IMG/VR virus record: IMGVR_UViG_3300037549_000096
Reading direction: 5' to 3' (one strand)
Length of the DNA stretch: 64,000 nt
Source of the DNA: a virus
This document shows positions 21,263-31,750 of this stretch, in pieces; the stretch's first letter is position 1; each line of letters opens with the position of its first letter. The notes below the pieces were generated by a model that saw only the letters and a list, made by a program, of their open reading frames with translations, was not told the DNA's origin and ran no database searches. The translations under genes were made by a program, and so were the position numbers.

Positions 21263-22120
21263 ATGGAAACAAGAGATGATTACTTTAGAACTAGTAAACA
21301 TTGGTCATTACAGGATCATGCTAAACATGTAAGAAAGTTTATTAAAGATTTTCCTAAATTAAATGAATTAAAAGGCGTAGAAGAATCTTCTGATTCTGAT
21401 ATTATGCTTTATTCTTTCTTAGCTTTAGACGATTATAATTTAACTCCACCTGTTATCTCTCCAGTTCATTTTGAATCTTTTCCTTCTCATAGTTTACTTT
21501 TATTGGGAACGGTTTGTTATTCACTTTTAAGTAATGGTATCTTGCAACATCGTAATTCTATTTCATACCAAGATGGTGGACAAAACGTAAATGTATGGGA
21601 TAAAGGCCCTGCATATATGGGCAATGCTAAACTATTTGCTCAATTATGGGAATCTAAAAAAATCGCATTGAAACGATCTATCAATATGTCTAATGGATAT
21701 GGTATAGTTCAATCTGCTGACTTTAATCTTTATTCTTACATGGCGATGTATGGTGGTGATTACATTGTTAGTACAACGGGAACAGAACTTGGAACTTCGC
21801 CTATGCCTTTATCTTATCCTGGCAATATTCCTGTGTGTGGCGATCTTGGTATTTTGCCACCTAAATTGAAAACAAAGACTATTAATTTTTTAATTACTGA
21901 TTGGGCTCCTGATGCTGATCCTAATTATTACTCTATGCATTTTTATCATAACTTATTATGTAGAGAAGTTGTATTAGTAATTGAAGATCCTCTTACTATG
22001 GAAGACTTATCTTCTAAAATTAAAATATTCAGAGTATCAGAAAATCAAGTTTTGTTAAAAGTGCTTAAAAATCCTGATGGCAGACTGAATGGTTTGATTC
22101 AATGCTCTGTACCGTTCTAA
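21263..22120 (+). CDS. putative head-tail adaptor / neck protein
   Basis: Position after the capsid genes; SYQDGGQNV segment resembles adaptor proteins. Confidence 0.5.
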   Translation: METRDDYFRTSKHWSLQDHAKHVRKFIKDFPKLNELKGVEESSDSDIMLYSFLALDDYNLTPPVISPVHFESFPSHSLLLLGTVCYSLLSNGILQHRNSISYQDGGQNVNVWDKGPAYMGNAKLFAQLWESKKIALKRSINMSNGYGIVQSADFNLYSYMAMYGGDYIVSTTGTELGTSPMPLSYPGNIPVCGDLGILPPKLKTKTINFLITDWAPDADPNYYSMHFYHNLLCREVVLVIEDPLTMEDLSSKIKIFRVSENQVLLKVLKNPDGRLNGLIQCSVPF

Positions 22121-22181
22121 TTGCTTTTATAATTAAATTGTGCTATCCTTATAATAGTAAGGATAACTCAAAAGGAACACT

Positions 22182-22988
22182 ATGCCTGAAATTCTAAAAG
22201 TTATATACGATGGATTTGAAAAACATGGTATTTGGTATATACTTCAAATATTTTTATTGTTTACGATATTTGGAGGTTTAGTCTTAACGTTTTTATTTCT
22301 TAAGGCTCAGTTCGGTAAAGCTAAAAATGCTATTAATAATGAAGTAAATGTTAATGTTCATTTAAATGAGCAGGAACAAGATGAGTTAACAACTGAACAT
22401 CATTGGAAAGAGCTATTAAATCATTCATTCTTTAGATCAATACAAAAAATGCTCAATTATGAAATTCAACATTTAGAAATAAGAGAACAATTACGTAGAG
22501 CTATTTTTAGAGACTTTCTTTTTATTCAATTCACTGTAATACAAGATAAAATTAAAGAATTTGTAGATGCTGGAGATATGGATAAAATGTCTTCAGATTT
22601 ATTTCATAATAAGTTATACTCATTAGTAACTGAAATACTACAAGAATATGAAGCTAAGGCTTTAAAACAAGGTATTCCTGAAATTGTAATTATTAAATTT
22701 AATAAATGGCATAGAGATAAAACTGAAATTATTTATAACTTCGTAAATGATGTTTGTGATGCTAATGATTGGTATGTTTCTAATAGTGTAAAATTTTATA
22801 GTTTTCTTAATCAAATGGTAAGTATCTTGGATCTTACTTTAATTGATGCAAGAAAAACTTTAGTACGTTTGAATGGCGAATTAGATAAAGTTACGTATAA
22901 GGGTATTGTTTCTGAAAATAGTTCTTCACACGTAATTTTTGATAGAGATAGATCAGATGAATTTAAAATTAATAAAAAATCAACATAG
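22182..22988 (+). CDS. membrane-anchored protein (one N-terminal TM helix, possibly holin-like)
   Basis: Hydrophobic GIWYILQIFLLFTIFGGLVLTFLFL; promoter-like TTGCTT-N17-TATCCT upstream. Confidence 0.55.
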   Translation: MPEILKVIYDGFEKHGIWYILQIFLLFTIFGGLVLTFLFLKAQFGKAKNAINNEVNVNVHLNEQEQDELTTEHHWKELLNHSFFRSIQKMLNYEIQHLEIREQLRRAIFRDFLFIQFTVIQDKIKEFVDAGDMDKMSSDLFHNKLYSLVTEILQEYEAKALKQGIPEIVIIKFNKWHRDKTEIIYNFVNDVCDANDWYVSNSVKFYSFLNQMVSILDLTLIDARKTLVRLNGELDKVTYKGIVSENSSSHVIFDRDRSDEFKINKKST

Positions 22989-23097
22989 AAAATATAAAGA
23001 GCATTAATGGTTGTGATGTGGAAGTGGAAAGGGTAATAAATTTATCACATAGTTGAAACTTAACATTAACAATGATATTCAAATTATAGTCTCAATG

Positions 23098-23130
23098 AAA
23101 TAACCTCTTTATGAGGTTATTTTATTTTTA
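23098..23130 (+). terminator. Rho-independent terminator
   Basis: AAATAACCTC-tttat-GAGGTTATTT followed by a T-rich tract. Confidence 0.6.
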
Positions 23131-23204
23131 AAAAATATTGTATAATATTTTGACTTGACAAGTCTATATATATATTACATTATTATATTCTTAGAGGTAT
23201 ACAT

Positions 23205-24794
23205 ATGAAATGTAAACGATGTAAATCTAATTCAGAAAAAAGTTTATGCCAATATTGTAAAATGTATCTAGGTAAACAATCAACTTCAATTCTAGAAGCT
23301 GATTGGTGGATATATGTAAACGAAGAAGAAACTGATAGATTATTTTTAGAAATTAATAAAGTTCCATGTAGATTTTTATCCATGAATGCTGCTTATCCAA
23401 GAAAAGTCGTTGTTTATAACAGTGAACGAAGAATGGAATATCCACCTAATCATCTTTCACAATCAGGAGATAAGTTATTAAAACCACTTGAACGAGGATT
23501 AAACAAAATTAAAGATCATGTATTATTTAAATTAGTAGATATAGAAAAAACTATTAAAGAATTTGAATATGATCCATCTGAATTATCTTTAGGTTCTAAT
23601 AAAAAAATTAATGTATTTTGTAAAGAATGTAATAATAACTTTGAAAGAGATATATATCAATTTTTTCACGCTAGTCAATTATGTAATCTTTGTGCTAATA
23701 AACAACGTTCTAAAAATTATACTAAAACAAGAATTAAAAATGAAGAAGAAAAATATGATATTAGTATAGTTCCTACAATTAAATTAATTCAATATAATGG
23801 AACTATAGATACTTTTGAATGTCTTAATTGTAATACTATTTTTGATGCAAGAAAAAATAATATAATAAATTCTTATATAAAGTTTGGATCTAATTGTTGT
23901 CCTACTTGTAACACTAGAGGATCTTCTAATTTAGAAAAAGAAGTATTCGATTATGTGGTTTCATTAGGATTTAACTGTTTAGATCAAAAACAAATTGGAA
24001 AATATAGAGCAGATATTTATATCGAACAATTAAATTCTATAATAGAAGTTGATGGTATTTTTTATCACAATGAATTTCATAAAGAAAAAACAGCCATGCA
24101 GGAAAGACGTAATTTTCTAGTAACTGAAGGTTACAAAGTATTTCATTGTTTTGAACATGAATGGAGAGATAAACAAGATATAATTAAATCAAAAATTCAA
24201 GCATTTCTTGGATTAAAACAGAAAAAATATCGTGCTGAATCTTTAAAAATTAAAGTTATTAAACCAGAAATAGCTAAAGAATTTTTAGATAAATATCATA
24301 TTATGAAAACAGGTGAAATTCGTAATGGTTATTGTTTTGGTTTATACGATAAAGAAGAATTAATTTGTGTATCTACATTTGCTCCTGAAAAAATAGGTAA
24401 TCTTAGATCATCTGACTGGTATCGAGCAGAGTTAGTAAGATATGTTTCTAAGGGAACTGTGTATGGCGGTATGAGAAGAATGATTAATATATTTAAACGA
24501 TGGTCACAAGAAACTAAAATTTTATATTCTTATGCAGATTTGAGATTTACTCAATCTAGTAATATTTATTCTGTAAATGGATTTCAATTTATAAAACAAA
24601 CACAACCTAATTATTTTTGGCAAAAAGATCATAATATTTATTCTAGATATTTAACTCAAAAAGGTGATAAACTTTTTAAATTTTTAGGCGATAAATACGA
24701 TCCATCTTTAACTGAAATAGAAAATATGCATAATTCTGGATATGCGAGAGTGTTTGATTGTGGTCATGCTTTATATGAAATGAATTTTGAATAA
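23205..24794 (+). CDS. Hef-like putative homing endonuclease (Zn ribbons + Vsr/DUF559-like nuclease + GNAT/Mom-like C-terminus)
   Basis: Several CxxC; SNLEKE..ADIYI..IEVDGIFYH..EHEW nuclease motif; C-terminal ELVRY..SYADLRF..YSVNGF. Confidence 0.7.
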   Translation: MKCKRCKSNSEKSLCQYCKMYLGKQSTSILEADWWIYVNEEETDRLFLEINKVPCRFLSMNAAYPRKVVVYNSERRMEYPPNHLSQSGDKLLKPLERGLNKIKDHVLFKLVDIEKTIKEFEYDPSELSLGSNKKINVFCKECNNNFERDIYQFFHASQLCNLCANKQRSKNYTKTRIKNEEEKYDISIVPTIKLIQYNGTIDTFECLNCNTIFDARKNNIINSYIKFGSNCCPTCNTRGSSNLEKEVFDYVVSLGFNCLDQKQIGKYRADIYIEQLNSIIEVDGIFYHNEFHKEKTAMQERRNFLVTEGYKVFHCFEHEWRDKQDIIKSKIQAFLGLKQKKYRAESLKIKVIKPEIAKEFLDKYHIMKTGEIRNGYCFGLYDKEELICVSTFAPEKIGNLRSSDWYRAELVRYVSKGTVYGGMRRMINIFKRWSQETKILYSYADLRFTQSSNIYSVNGFQFIKQTQPNYFWQKDHNIYSRYLTQKGDKLFKFLGDKYDPSLTEIENMHNSGYARVFDCGHALYEMNFE

Positions 24795-24796
24795 AA

Positions 24797-24823
24797 TTAA
24801 GGCCCTATTGCTAGGGCCTTTGT
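24797..24823. terminator. bidirectional terminator hairpin
   Basis: AAGGCCCTA-ttgc-TAGGGCCTT between convergent genes. Confidence 0.7.
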
Positions 24824-24843
24824 TCTAGGATAGTTTGAATGGA

Positions 24844-25566
24844 TTAGTATTGAGAACCTAATCCATGAACAATAGGTACTGCTCTGTCAAAAGCTACGGA
24901 AATACCTTCCATCATTACCATTTGACCTGAAGACTGACCATATTGTGAAGAATTAACCTTACAGCCTTCATAATAACAACCACCAACATCATTACCGGCT
25001 ACGTCTTGCATATAAATAGCAAGTCCAAAAGGTAACTTAAGACGCTGATCCCAACAACTTAACCAAAGTTGTGTATTATTATCATTAGTCATTACTTGAT
25101 CAGGACTATTAGCGATATTAGCCCAAGCGTTAGCTAAGTTAGTCGCATTAGCTAAACTAGATCCACCAAGACCTTGAGAGCCTAAAGGTGTAAGATTACC
25201 ATTCGCGTCATAAAGAGTGCCATAAATAGCACGAAGTAAAGAAGGTCCATTGTAAATCATACGAGAAATGGTTAAACCACCAACAGGAATACCATTTACG
25301 ATATGACATCTAACTGAGCCAATTTCATAGATTCTTTGTTGAGGAATATTTTGAGAGATTTGAATTGATGGCGATAGTCCAATTTTAATAACAGATAATT
25401 GATCTGATATAGTAGCAGGACCAGCACAAATCAAAGTACTCTCAGCAGCAATAAACATGCCTGCTGTACCTTGTCCTTCATCTTCCTGGACGAAGTTCTC
25501 TCTATAATTCCAATTAGAGGGATCGCCGTTAATGTCCAGTAAGCTTTTAATTGTAGAAGTAGCCAT
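24844..25566 (-). CDS. tail tube protein (putative)
   Basis: Follows the sheath genes; QQRIYEIGS motif, beta-rich, 240 aa. Confidence 0.65.
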   Translation of the reverse strand: MATSTIKSLLDINGDPSNWNYRENFVQEDEGQGTAGMFIAAESTLICAGPATISDQLSVIKIGLSPSIQISQNIPQQRIYEIGSVRCHIVNGIPVGGLTISRMIYNGPSLLRAIYGTLYDANGNLTPLGSQGLGGSSLANATNLANAWANIANSPDQVMTNDNNTQLWLSCWDQRLKLPFGLAIYMQDVAGNDVGGCYYEGCKVNSSQYGQSSGQMVMMEGISVAFDRAVPIVHGLGSQY

Positions 25567-25576
25567 TTAAAACTCC

Positions 25577-26527
25577 TTAGCTGACTAATAGTGTAATATC
25601 GGTCCAGTTATTAGGTTTGCCTAGTTCAATACTTGCTGTAACTTGAACCGTTCCATCTGGAATAGTAGGATTAGAGTTACCAATGTTAGCTAAGATGGAA
25701 TTAATTTTACCATCTAATACTAAAGCTCCACATTTAGGAGCTTTAGTATTCATGGCTTGGAACATATAATTATCACCCTTTTGATTTAAGAAACTTAAGA
25801 AATCTTGGGTAATATCATAAGGGCCAATAAAAGGTTTAAATAAAGCTACAAGATCAGTACTAACTTTATCTTCAGCCGTAACGCAAGAAAGTTCCATGTT
25901 GATGAAGCTTGAAGTATCAGTAGTTACTTGTCGTAAAGCATAAATATTAGCGCCAGGAGCATCTTGACAGAATACTAACACACCGTTATCAGCTAAAGTT
26001 TTAAGCTGAGACTTAGAGAAATAACCATTAGAATATTCAAGTGAATAAGGGCCAGGAATCGGGAAATTAGTGAAACCCTGTTGAGCAGGATTAGCTGATT
26101 TTGCACTAGCTAAACAAGCTGCTAAGAAAGTTCCGTCAACCTGAGTAAAAGTACCATCAGAATTCTTAACTTGAGCTACAGGAGGCCAAACTAAAGTAAC
26201 TCGTTTAGAGGCAAGACCATTAGCAACGGCTATAATAGAGGCTACTTGTTCATCCTTGGATAGATTATGAACAACACTATATTCAACTGTACCAGTAGCG
26301 GAACTGTTTAAAGTAAGACCTAATGCAGTTCCGTTTAAGAAACCATCATAGGTAAGTCCTGTTTGACCTGTAATTCCAGTAACTAAGAATTGTCCTGGGA
26401 AGTTATTAGGATCTACTGTACCTCCAGTAAACATATTACTAGGAGCATCAGTTATTAAAACTTGATCACCAATTTTAACACCAGATGAAATAAAAGTAGC
26501 ACCAGCTAAGATTAAGGCGATAGACAT
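25577..26527 (-). CDS. tail sheath protein, C-terminal part
   Basis: KRVTLVWPP, FLAACLA, QQGFTNFPI, LADNGV, RQVTTD, ELS, GKPNNWTDITL: sheath core domains. Confidence 0.72.
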   Translation of the reverse strand: MSIALILAGATFISSGVKIGDQVLITDAPSNMFTGGTVDPNNFPGQFLVTGITGQTGLTYDGFLNGTALGLTLNSSATGTVEYSVVHNLSKDEQVASIIAVANGLASKRVTLVWPPVAQVKNSDGTFTQVDGTFLAACLASAKSANPAQQGFTNFPIPGPYSLEYSNGYFSKSQLKTLADNGVLVFCQDAPGANIYALRQVTTDTSSFINMELSCVTAEDKVSTDLVALFKPFIGPYDITQDFLSFLNQKGDNYMFQAMNTKAPKCGALVLDGKINSILANIGNSNPTIPDGTVQVTASIELGKPNNWTDITLLVS

Positions 26528-26552
26528 ATTTTCTCCATATTAAGCTAATTTA

Positions 26553-27566
26553 TTACCCTAAAACAACAGGACCAGTAGCTAAAATGTTTTGTTTAATTAA
26601 TTCAGTAGTAGTTAATAACATTCTAAATTGACTATTTTCAGGATCTGATAATACTTGTGCATTAGAAGCATAAGCATTAACAACAATCTCAGAATCAGAT
26701 AAAGGAACATACATATAAATATTACTAGCATTAGTTAAGTCATCTAATGCTGCTAAATAAGCTAAATCATTATCTTGATTCAGATAATAAACATAAAAAG
26801 CTATTGCACCACCGTTATCAGGAATAACCGCATTTTCGATATAATAACCTAATTTATTTTGAATACTTGATACTTCCATATCGGCAAAAATATCGCTAAT
26901 ATTAGTATATTTTACTAATCCTGATTTATCAGTTCTTAACGCACGATAAGAGATATCGATTTCGCCACTCAAGAAAGCGTTTGAACCACTTGTAAGAGAA
27001 TTAATAGTAACTTCAGTTAAGCTTGCTACATAATTATCAGTACTTAACAACCAAGAAGAAATTACGCGAGTGATATAATAACCGTTATCAGTTCCAGTAA
27101 ATGTCATATAAACTGGATACGTAAAGGTTAAAATATGTTGAGCTACTGATTCTACAATATAAGAACCTAACTGAGTAGAACCATCGCCAACCACAACAGT
27201 ATCACCAGCTTTAACACCGGCTGCGATAAAGTCTGTAGCGTTATCAGTGAAAGTTTTGTTACCTGCAACAAACCCAGCAGCACCAGTCGCTTTAAGTAAA
27301 AGTTGTAAAACACCATTTTTAATAGTAATTAATACAGAAGTTAAATCAACAATAGCGCCAGGATCAATTACAGGATAATCAATTAAGACAGGAGTACCAA
27401 TAGTCACATCTACGAAAGGAGCATTTGCTAATACTTGTTTATTAGCTACAATGCGATATAACGGAGCTACATACACAGGAAATAATTGTGTATCAACTAA
27501 AGTAGCAGTAGATGGTGCATTAACCTGAGTTAATTGTACTCCAGGAAGCGCATCATTAGTAGCCAT
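26553..27566 (-). CDS. tail sheath protein, N-terminal part
   Basis: Begins LPGVQLTQV (sheath PGVY-like); later YLAALDDL..YMYVPLS. Confidence 0.62.
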   Translation of the reverse strand: MATNDALPGVQLTQVNAPSTATLVDTQLFPVYVAPLYRIVANKQVLANAPFVDVTIGTPVLIDYPVIDPGAIVDLTSVLITIKNGVLQLLLKATGAAGFVAGNKTFTDNATDFIAAGVKAGDTVVVGDGSTQLGSYIVESVAQHILTFTYPVYMTFTGTDNGYYITRVISSWLLSTDNYVASLTEVTINSLTSGSNAFLSGEIDISYRALRTDKSGLVKYTNISDIFADMEVSSIQNKLGYYIENAVIPDNGGAIAFYVYYLNQDNDLAYLAALDDLTNASNIYMYVPLSDSEIVVNAYASNAQVLSDPENSQFRMLLTTTELIKQNILATGPVVLG

Positions 27567-27575
27567 TTAATACTC

Positions 27576-28211
27576 CTAAGCTTGAATTTGAGAATTTAAC
27601 TGATCATTAAGATAAATAGCAAGCGCATCTACTTTTTGTTCAGGAAGAAGTCTGCATGAATAAGTTCTAGGAAAACTAAAAGAAGTGATTACATCTGTTT
27701 TAAAACTATTATCTGAAATGTTAAATATTTGAACTTCAGAAATTTGCGGAGAAGACATACCAAAGATTCTAAATGATTTCATCCATCTTTTATCATCCCA
27801 CAAGAATTGACTAGTCATGAATCCAATAGCTTCACTTTCTAAATCATTCCTTGCTATACATGATAGTATAACAGGAACGGTGACGATTTCCATAACAGAA
27901 GTTTCAAGTTGTAATCCTGCTTGGACTACTCTTGATTGACCACCATCTTGAATACCACCACCAAAAGAAACGAGTTTTCTTTGCAATACAATCGAAGGTA
28001 AATGTCCTCGATGAGTTGTATCCCATGTTTGCTTATCAGCTATAACCAACTTGGGTAAATTTGACGACTGTTCTTCGGAATCTTCTTCCCATACATCAAA
28101 TCCAAGTTGATCATTAAGTGTATACATTGCCCTTAAATAAAGTAACACAGAACTAATTACATAATTAGCTGGATTAAAATCTTTACTTTTAAACCATTCA
28201 TGATTTATCAT
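27576..28211 (-). CDS. putative tail completion / terminator protein
   Basis: Position before the sheath; LPSIVLQR motif. Confidence 0.45.
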   Translation of the reverse strand: MINHEWFKSKDFNPANYVISSVLLYLRAMYTLNDQLGFDVWEEDSEEQSSNLPKLVIADKQTWDTTHRGHLPSIVLQRKLVSFGGGIQDGGQSRVVQAGLQLETSVMEIVTVPVILSCIARNDLESEAIGFMTSQFLWDDKRWMKSFRIFGMSSPQISEVQIFNISDNSFKTDVITSFSFPRTYSCRLLPEQKVDALAIYLNDQLNSQIQA

Positions 28212-29026
28212 TAAAAGTCCTGTCTAAACACATTAACATCATTAATAGAAAATACATTAATGGGAACAGGTATTTTCATTTCGATTCTAGATAAATGAAT
28301 TTTAGTAACAGGAAAACGTTGTTCTACGATAGCTTGATGTTGTTCAGTATGTTGAATAGGAGTTTCAATAACATAACGATCATCTTGATGTTTGGCTTCA
28401 ACTATAATATCACCTGGAGATAAAATAGGATAATTAATAGTCCATACTCCATCTATTCTTAAATTTTCAGTATTTTGTAAATCTGATTTCATATTAGCTT
28501 TTATTAATGGATTCAACTGTATATACATTTCGATAGGATTAAAATAACCACCATCAAAAGTAGTTCCATAACAATAAGTACAATAACTAGAAATAGATTT
28601 TTGTCTAGCTGGATCATAACAATGTTTACATTTAGGACCAAATGTTTTACGTATAAAAACATAACATTTAGTACCAAACAATCTTTCTAATGCTAATTTT
28701 TTATTACGTACAATAGCAAATCCTAAATAGTTTAAATCATCATGATCTAATCTTTTTATTTCAGATTCAATAGATTCTTTGTTACTTGTTCCACGAATAC
28801 GATAATAAATTTGGCGATTAGAAGATTCATCATTGTATGTGCGATCAATATATCCGTAAGAGTTTTTGATAGACAGATCATTCAATGTTTTAAATGGTCC
28901 TTCTGGCGATCCTGATCTATCTATAAAAAACTCAAAAGCCTGGGACGGATCACTGACCTCCCAGGTGATACCAACCTCACCTACATTTATTTGATCTATG
29001 TTTAATCTTTGAATTAAAGTCTGCAA
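28211..29026 (-). CDS. putative neck / head-closure protein
   Basis: CKHC...CTYCYGTTFDGGY followed by a beta barrel (LSPGDIIVE). Confidence 0.5.
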   Translation of the reverse strand: MQTLIQRLNIDQINVGEVGITWEVSDPSQAFEFFIDRSGSPEGPFKTLNDLSIKNSYGYIDRTYNDESSNRQIYYRIRGTSNKESIESEIKRLDHDDLNYLGFAIVRNKKLALERLFGTKCYVFIRKTFGPKCKHCYDPARQKSISSYCTYCYGTTFDGGYFNPIEMYIQLNPLIKANMKSDLQNTENLRIDGVWTINYPILSPGDIIVEAKHQDDRYVIETPIQHTEQHQAIVEQRFPVTKIHLSRIEMKIPVPINVFSINDVNVFRQDF

Positions 29027-29433
29027 TTCAATTCCTCGATTAATTTGGTCGCTAAATTAGAGAAATGTCTATGAATAAAAGCTTCGTCATGAACCATAGC
29101 GGGAGTGTATTTAGTAATGAAGATATCCAAGGAATTCAGACGAATAGAGCCTTTTCCATCATTCCTATTAATTTCACCAATCCAATCTGCGTAAAAACTA
29201 CCAAAACTACCAACTCTATCTCTAAACCACTTGGCTAAGAAATCCATTTCTCTTTTATTACGAAATGCTTTAGTTAATTCGCGCAAATGTAGAACTACCG
29301 TTTTGTCATCACGAACTAAACATTCAAAAATGAAAAATTTAGATTTTACTTCTACTATTTTTCTTGCACCAGTTTCTAAAGACTGGCCTAAACCCGAACT
29401 ATTTGCCTGTTGAAAGCCATTTTCTAAGCTCAT
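29014..29433 (-). CDS. hypothetical protein
   Basis: 139 aa in the structural operon. Confidence 0.6.
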   Translation of the reverse strand: MSLENGFQQANSSGLGQSLETGARKIVEVKSKFFIFECLVRDDKTVVLHLRELTKAFRNKREMDFLAKWFRDRVGSFGSFYADWIGEINRNDGKGSIRLNSLDIFITKYTPAMVHDEAFIHRHFSNLATKLIEELNCRL

Positions 29434-29878
29434 TTAATCCCTCTGTAGACTTTGTGGGCTTGTTAACTGTAGCCCAAATTAACAAAATGAAAAAGTCTCC
29501 ACCTTTCATGGAAAGACGTTTTTCGCCTAAAAGATAAAGTGTAGTTTGATCGTAACTATTAATAATAGCATCTAAATCTTCAAATTCTACAGTAGTAAAT
29601 AATTTAACGAAAATTGAAAACTTATTTTGTTTTACAATATCAATTGAAGTATCTTCTTTAAATCTAGTTACAATATAAGGCGATCCATCTGTATAAGTTT
29701 CATATTTAAATTCATTAATTGATAATCTATAAGGATTATTAACAAAATCTTCCATATCTTTCATAAAACGATTTAAATCATCTGCTAAAGTCATATTATA
29801 ATATTTAGTTTTCCACTTTAAATTTTTAGCTTTTAATTCAGCCATTGTTGGCGGTTTTTTATCAATCGGTAATTCCAT
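29399..29878 (-). CDS. hypothetical protein
   Basis: 159 aa following the portal. Confidence 0.6.
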   Translation of the reverse strand: MELPIDKKPPTMAELKAKNLKWKTKYYNMTLADDLNRFMKDMEDFVNNPYRLSINEFKYETYTDGSPYIVTRFKEDTSIDIVKQNKFSIFVKLFTTVEFEDLDAIINSYDQTTLYLLGEKRLSMKGGDFFILLIWATVNKPTKSTEGLNELRKWLSTGK

Positions 29879-29880
29879 TA

Positions 29881-31728
29881 TCAGATCCTTTGGTTAACGC
29901 CTTCACTACGGGGAGGCTTTTGTTCTGGTAAAGGCTTACTAGTTGTATCGGGAGGTTTACCCATTCCCATAGCTTGTAAAACTTGTTGATAGTATTCTGG
30001 ATTTTGAACTTGTAATTGAAGTAATGTATTACCTCTCTCTACATCATCCATTTGATTTAATTCATTAACAAACCCTAATGGAGTCGTTATTGTAGCATGT
30101 TCTACTAAAGGACTATTCATTGCTTGTGCTAATTCTTGTTGTAATTGCTGAGATTCTAACTGTGTAATAACTTGATCTTTATTAGAGACTCTACTAGCTT
30201 CACCAGCGGCTTTAGCTTGTGCTACAGCCATAGCAGTTGCAATCATTTCTTGAGCATGACGTTCTTTCCAAACTATCTTAGCTTCTGCTAAGAAATCAAT
30301 ATTATCGCCTAAGATACCTAATGCACGTTGATAAGAAATCTTACCTTGTGCAGCTAGACCAATATAAAGATTAGCCTTAGCGATATCATCAGCCATTCTA
30401 AATGGCGACATTCTAACATCTGTAGGAGGTTTACGATTAAAATGAGCGCCAATAAACTTAACTAACTTTCTTAAAAAATGATTATCAGCAGTTGTTTCAT
30501 ACATAAACTTATTTTCAAGCATTCTTAACGTAACACTTGAACCAGCCCAGGACATACCACCAAAAATAAGCTCAGGAGGAATACCACATTCGATTAGAAA
30601 TGATTTATGTAAAGTATCAATCTCTGGTGTAAGAGACATCGCTTTACCTTGACCGCCTAATTGCTGAAACCCTACCGGAAATGGTAATTCGCCAATTTCG
30701 TTAGGATCATTATACCATCTATGTAACATTGCTGAAACCGAATTACGCCATTGGCCTAAATCAATAGAAGTAATAGGATCTGCACCTGATTGAGTTTCAG
30801 GATAAATAACACGATAAGGAAGTAAATGATCTGCTACAATGCATTCTTGCGCCTTACGATGTATAAAAATATTGAAAATAGTCTTCCAAGCTGAGAAGTA
30901 GAAAGGAAGACCAAAACCTGTAGGATTTGGTTCTTCTAAATCTTCAGTCTTATACCAAAACGTCTTATCTTGCTCTAATTCAACTGCTGCTGATTTGCCA
31001 TAAGCTTTAACGGCTTCAATAAAATCAGAAGGCATTGTTTCAATAACGAATTTATCACCTTTAGATATTCCTTCAATTTCATTCTTATTAAGTTTATAAT
31101 AAATTTTAGTTTTACCAGTAATAGAATTTTGCTTAATTTGAATAGATTGAGTAGGCCAGATTTTTATATTAATATTAGAAGCTATATCAATATTTTCAGT
31201 AGCAGGATACTCGTCCCATAGAATCATTTCTCCTTGGAATGAGCAGGGGATTTCTTCATCTTTGTTATTTTTTGTTAAATTTTTACATTTACTATAGAAT
31301 TTAAAATTTCTATAAGTGTATTGCATTTTATCAATAGGATGATTATGGGTAGACTGACATTTAGGACATTTAAGATAACGTTTAAATAAAGGTATTACAG
31401 AAATAAACACGTTTCCGTAATTATTCTTATTAATATTTAATCTTACAATGGTTTCACGAATATTTAAATCATCATTTAGTAACTTACTCCAAAACTGATC
31501 CGTATCCCCAATTACTTCTATACTTGTAACTGGATATCTTGATATTTTATCAATAACTTCACGTAAAAAACCAGAGGCACGATAAAAATTAGTACACCAT
31601 TTAAAGATTTCCCGAATGTTTTCCGGCCTCTCGAACACTAACATATTGAAGAACCGAAGAGGAAAGTCTACACCTCCTTTGCTCGGAGTTTTCCTAGTGC
31701 TAAAAGGTGAAGCTGAGTCGATAGTCAT
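29881..31728 (-). CDS. portal protein (putative)
   Basis: 615 aa; IDKISRYPV, NYGNVFI, GFGLP, ECGIPPELIFG, Q-rich helical tail; carries a CxxC insertion. Confidence 0.7.
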   Translation of the reverse strand: MTIDSASPFSTRKTPSKGGVDFPLRFFNMLVFERPENIREIFKWCTNFYRASGFLREVIDKISRYPVTSIEVIGDTDQFWSKLLNDDLNIRETIVRLNINKNNYGNVFISVIPLFKRYLKCPKCQSTHNHPIDKMQYTYRNFKFYSKCKNLTKNNKDEEIPCSFQGEMILWDEYPATENIDIASNINIKIWPTQSIQIKQNSITGKTKIYYKLNKNEIEGISKGDKFVIETMPSDFIEAVKAYGKSAAVELEQDKTFWYKTEDLEEPNPTGFGLPFYFSAWKTIFNIFIHRKAQECIVADHLLPYRVIYPETQSGADPITSIDLGQWRNSVSAMLHRWYNDPNEIGELPFPVGFQQLGGQGKAMSLTPEIDTLHKSFLIECGIPPELIFGGMSWAGSSVTLRMLENKFMYETTADNHFLRKLVKFIGAHFNRKPPTDVRMSPFRMADDIAKANLYIGLAAQGKISYQRALGILGDNIDFLAEAKIVWKERHAQEMIATAMAVAQAKAAGEASRVSNKDQVITQLESQQLQQELAQAMNSPLVEHATITTPLGFVNELNQMDDVERGNTLLQLQVQNPEYYQQVLQAMGMGKPPDTTSKPLPEQKPPRSEGVNQRI

Positions 31729-31750
31729 GAACTTATTCCATTCGTTAATG

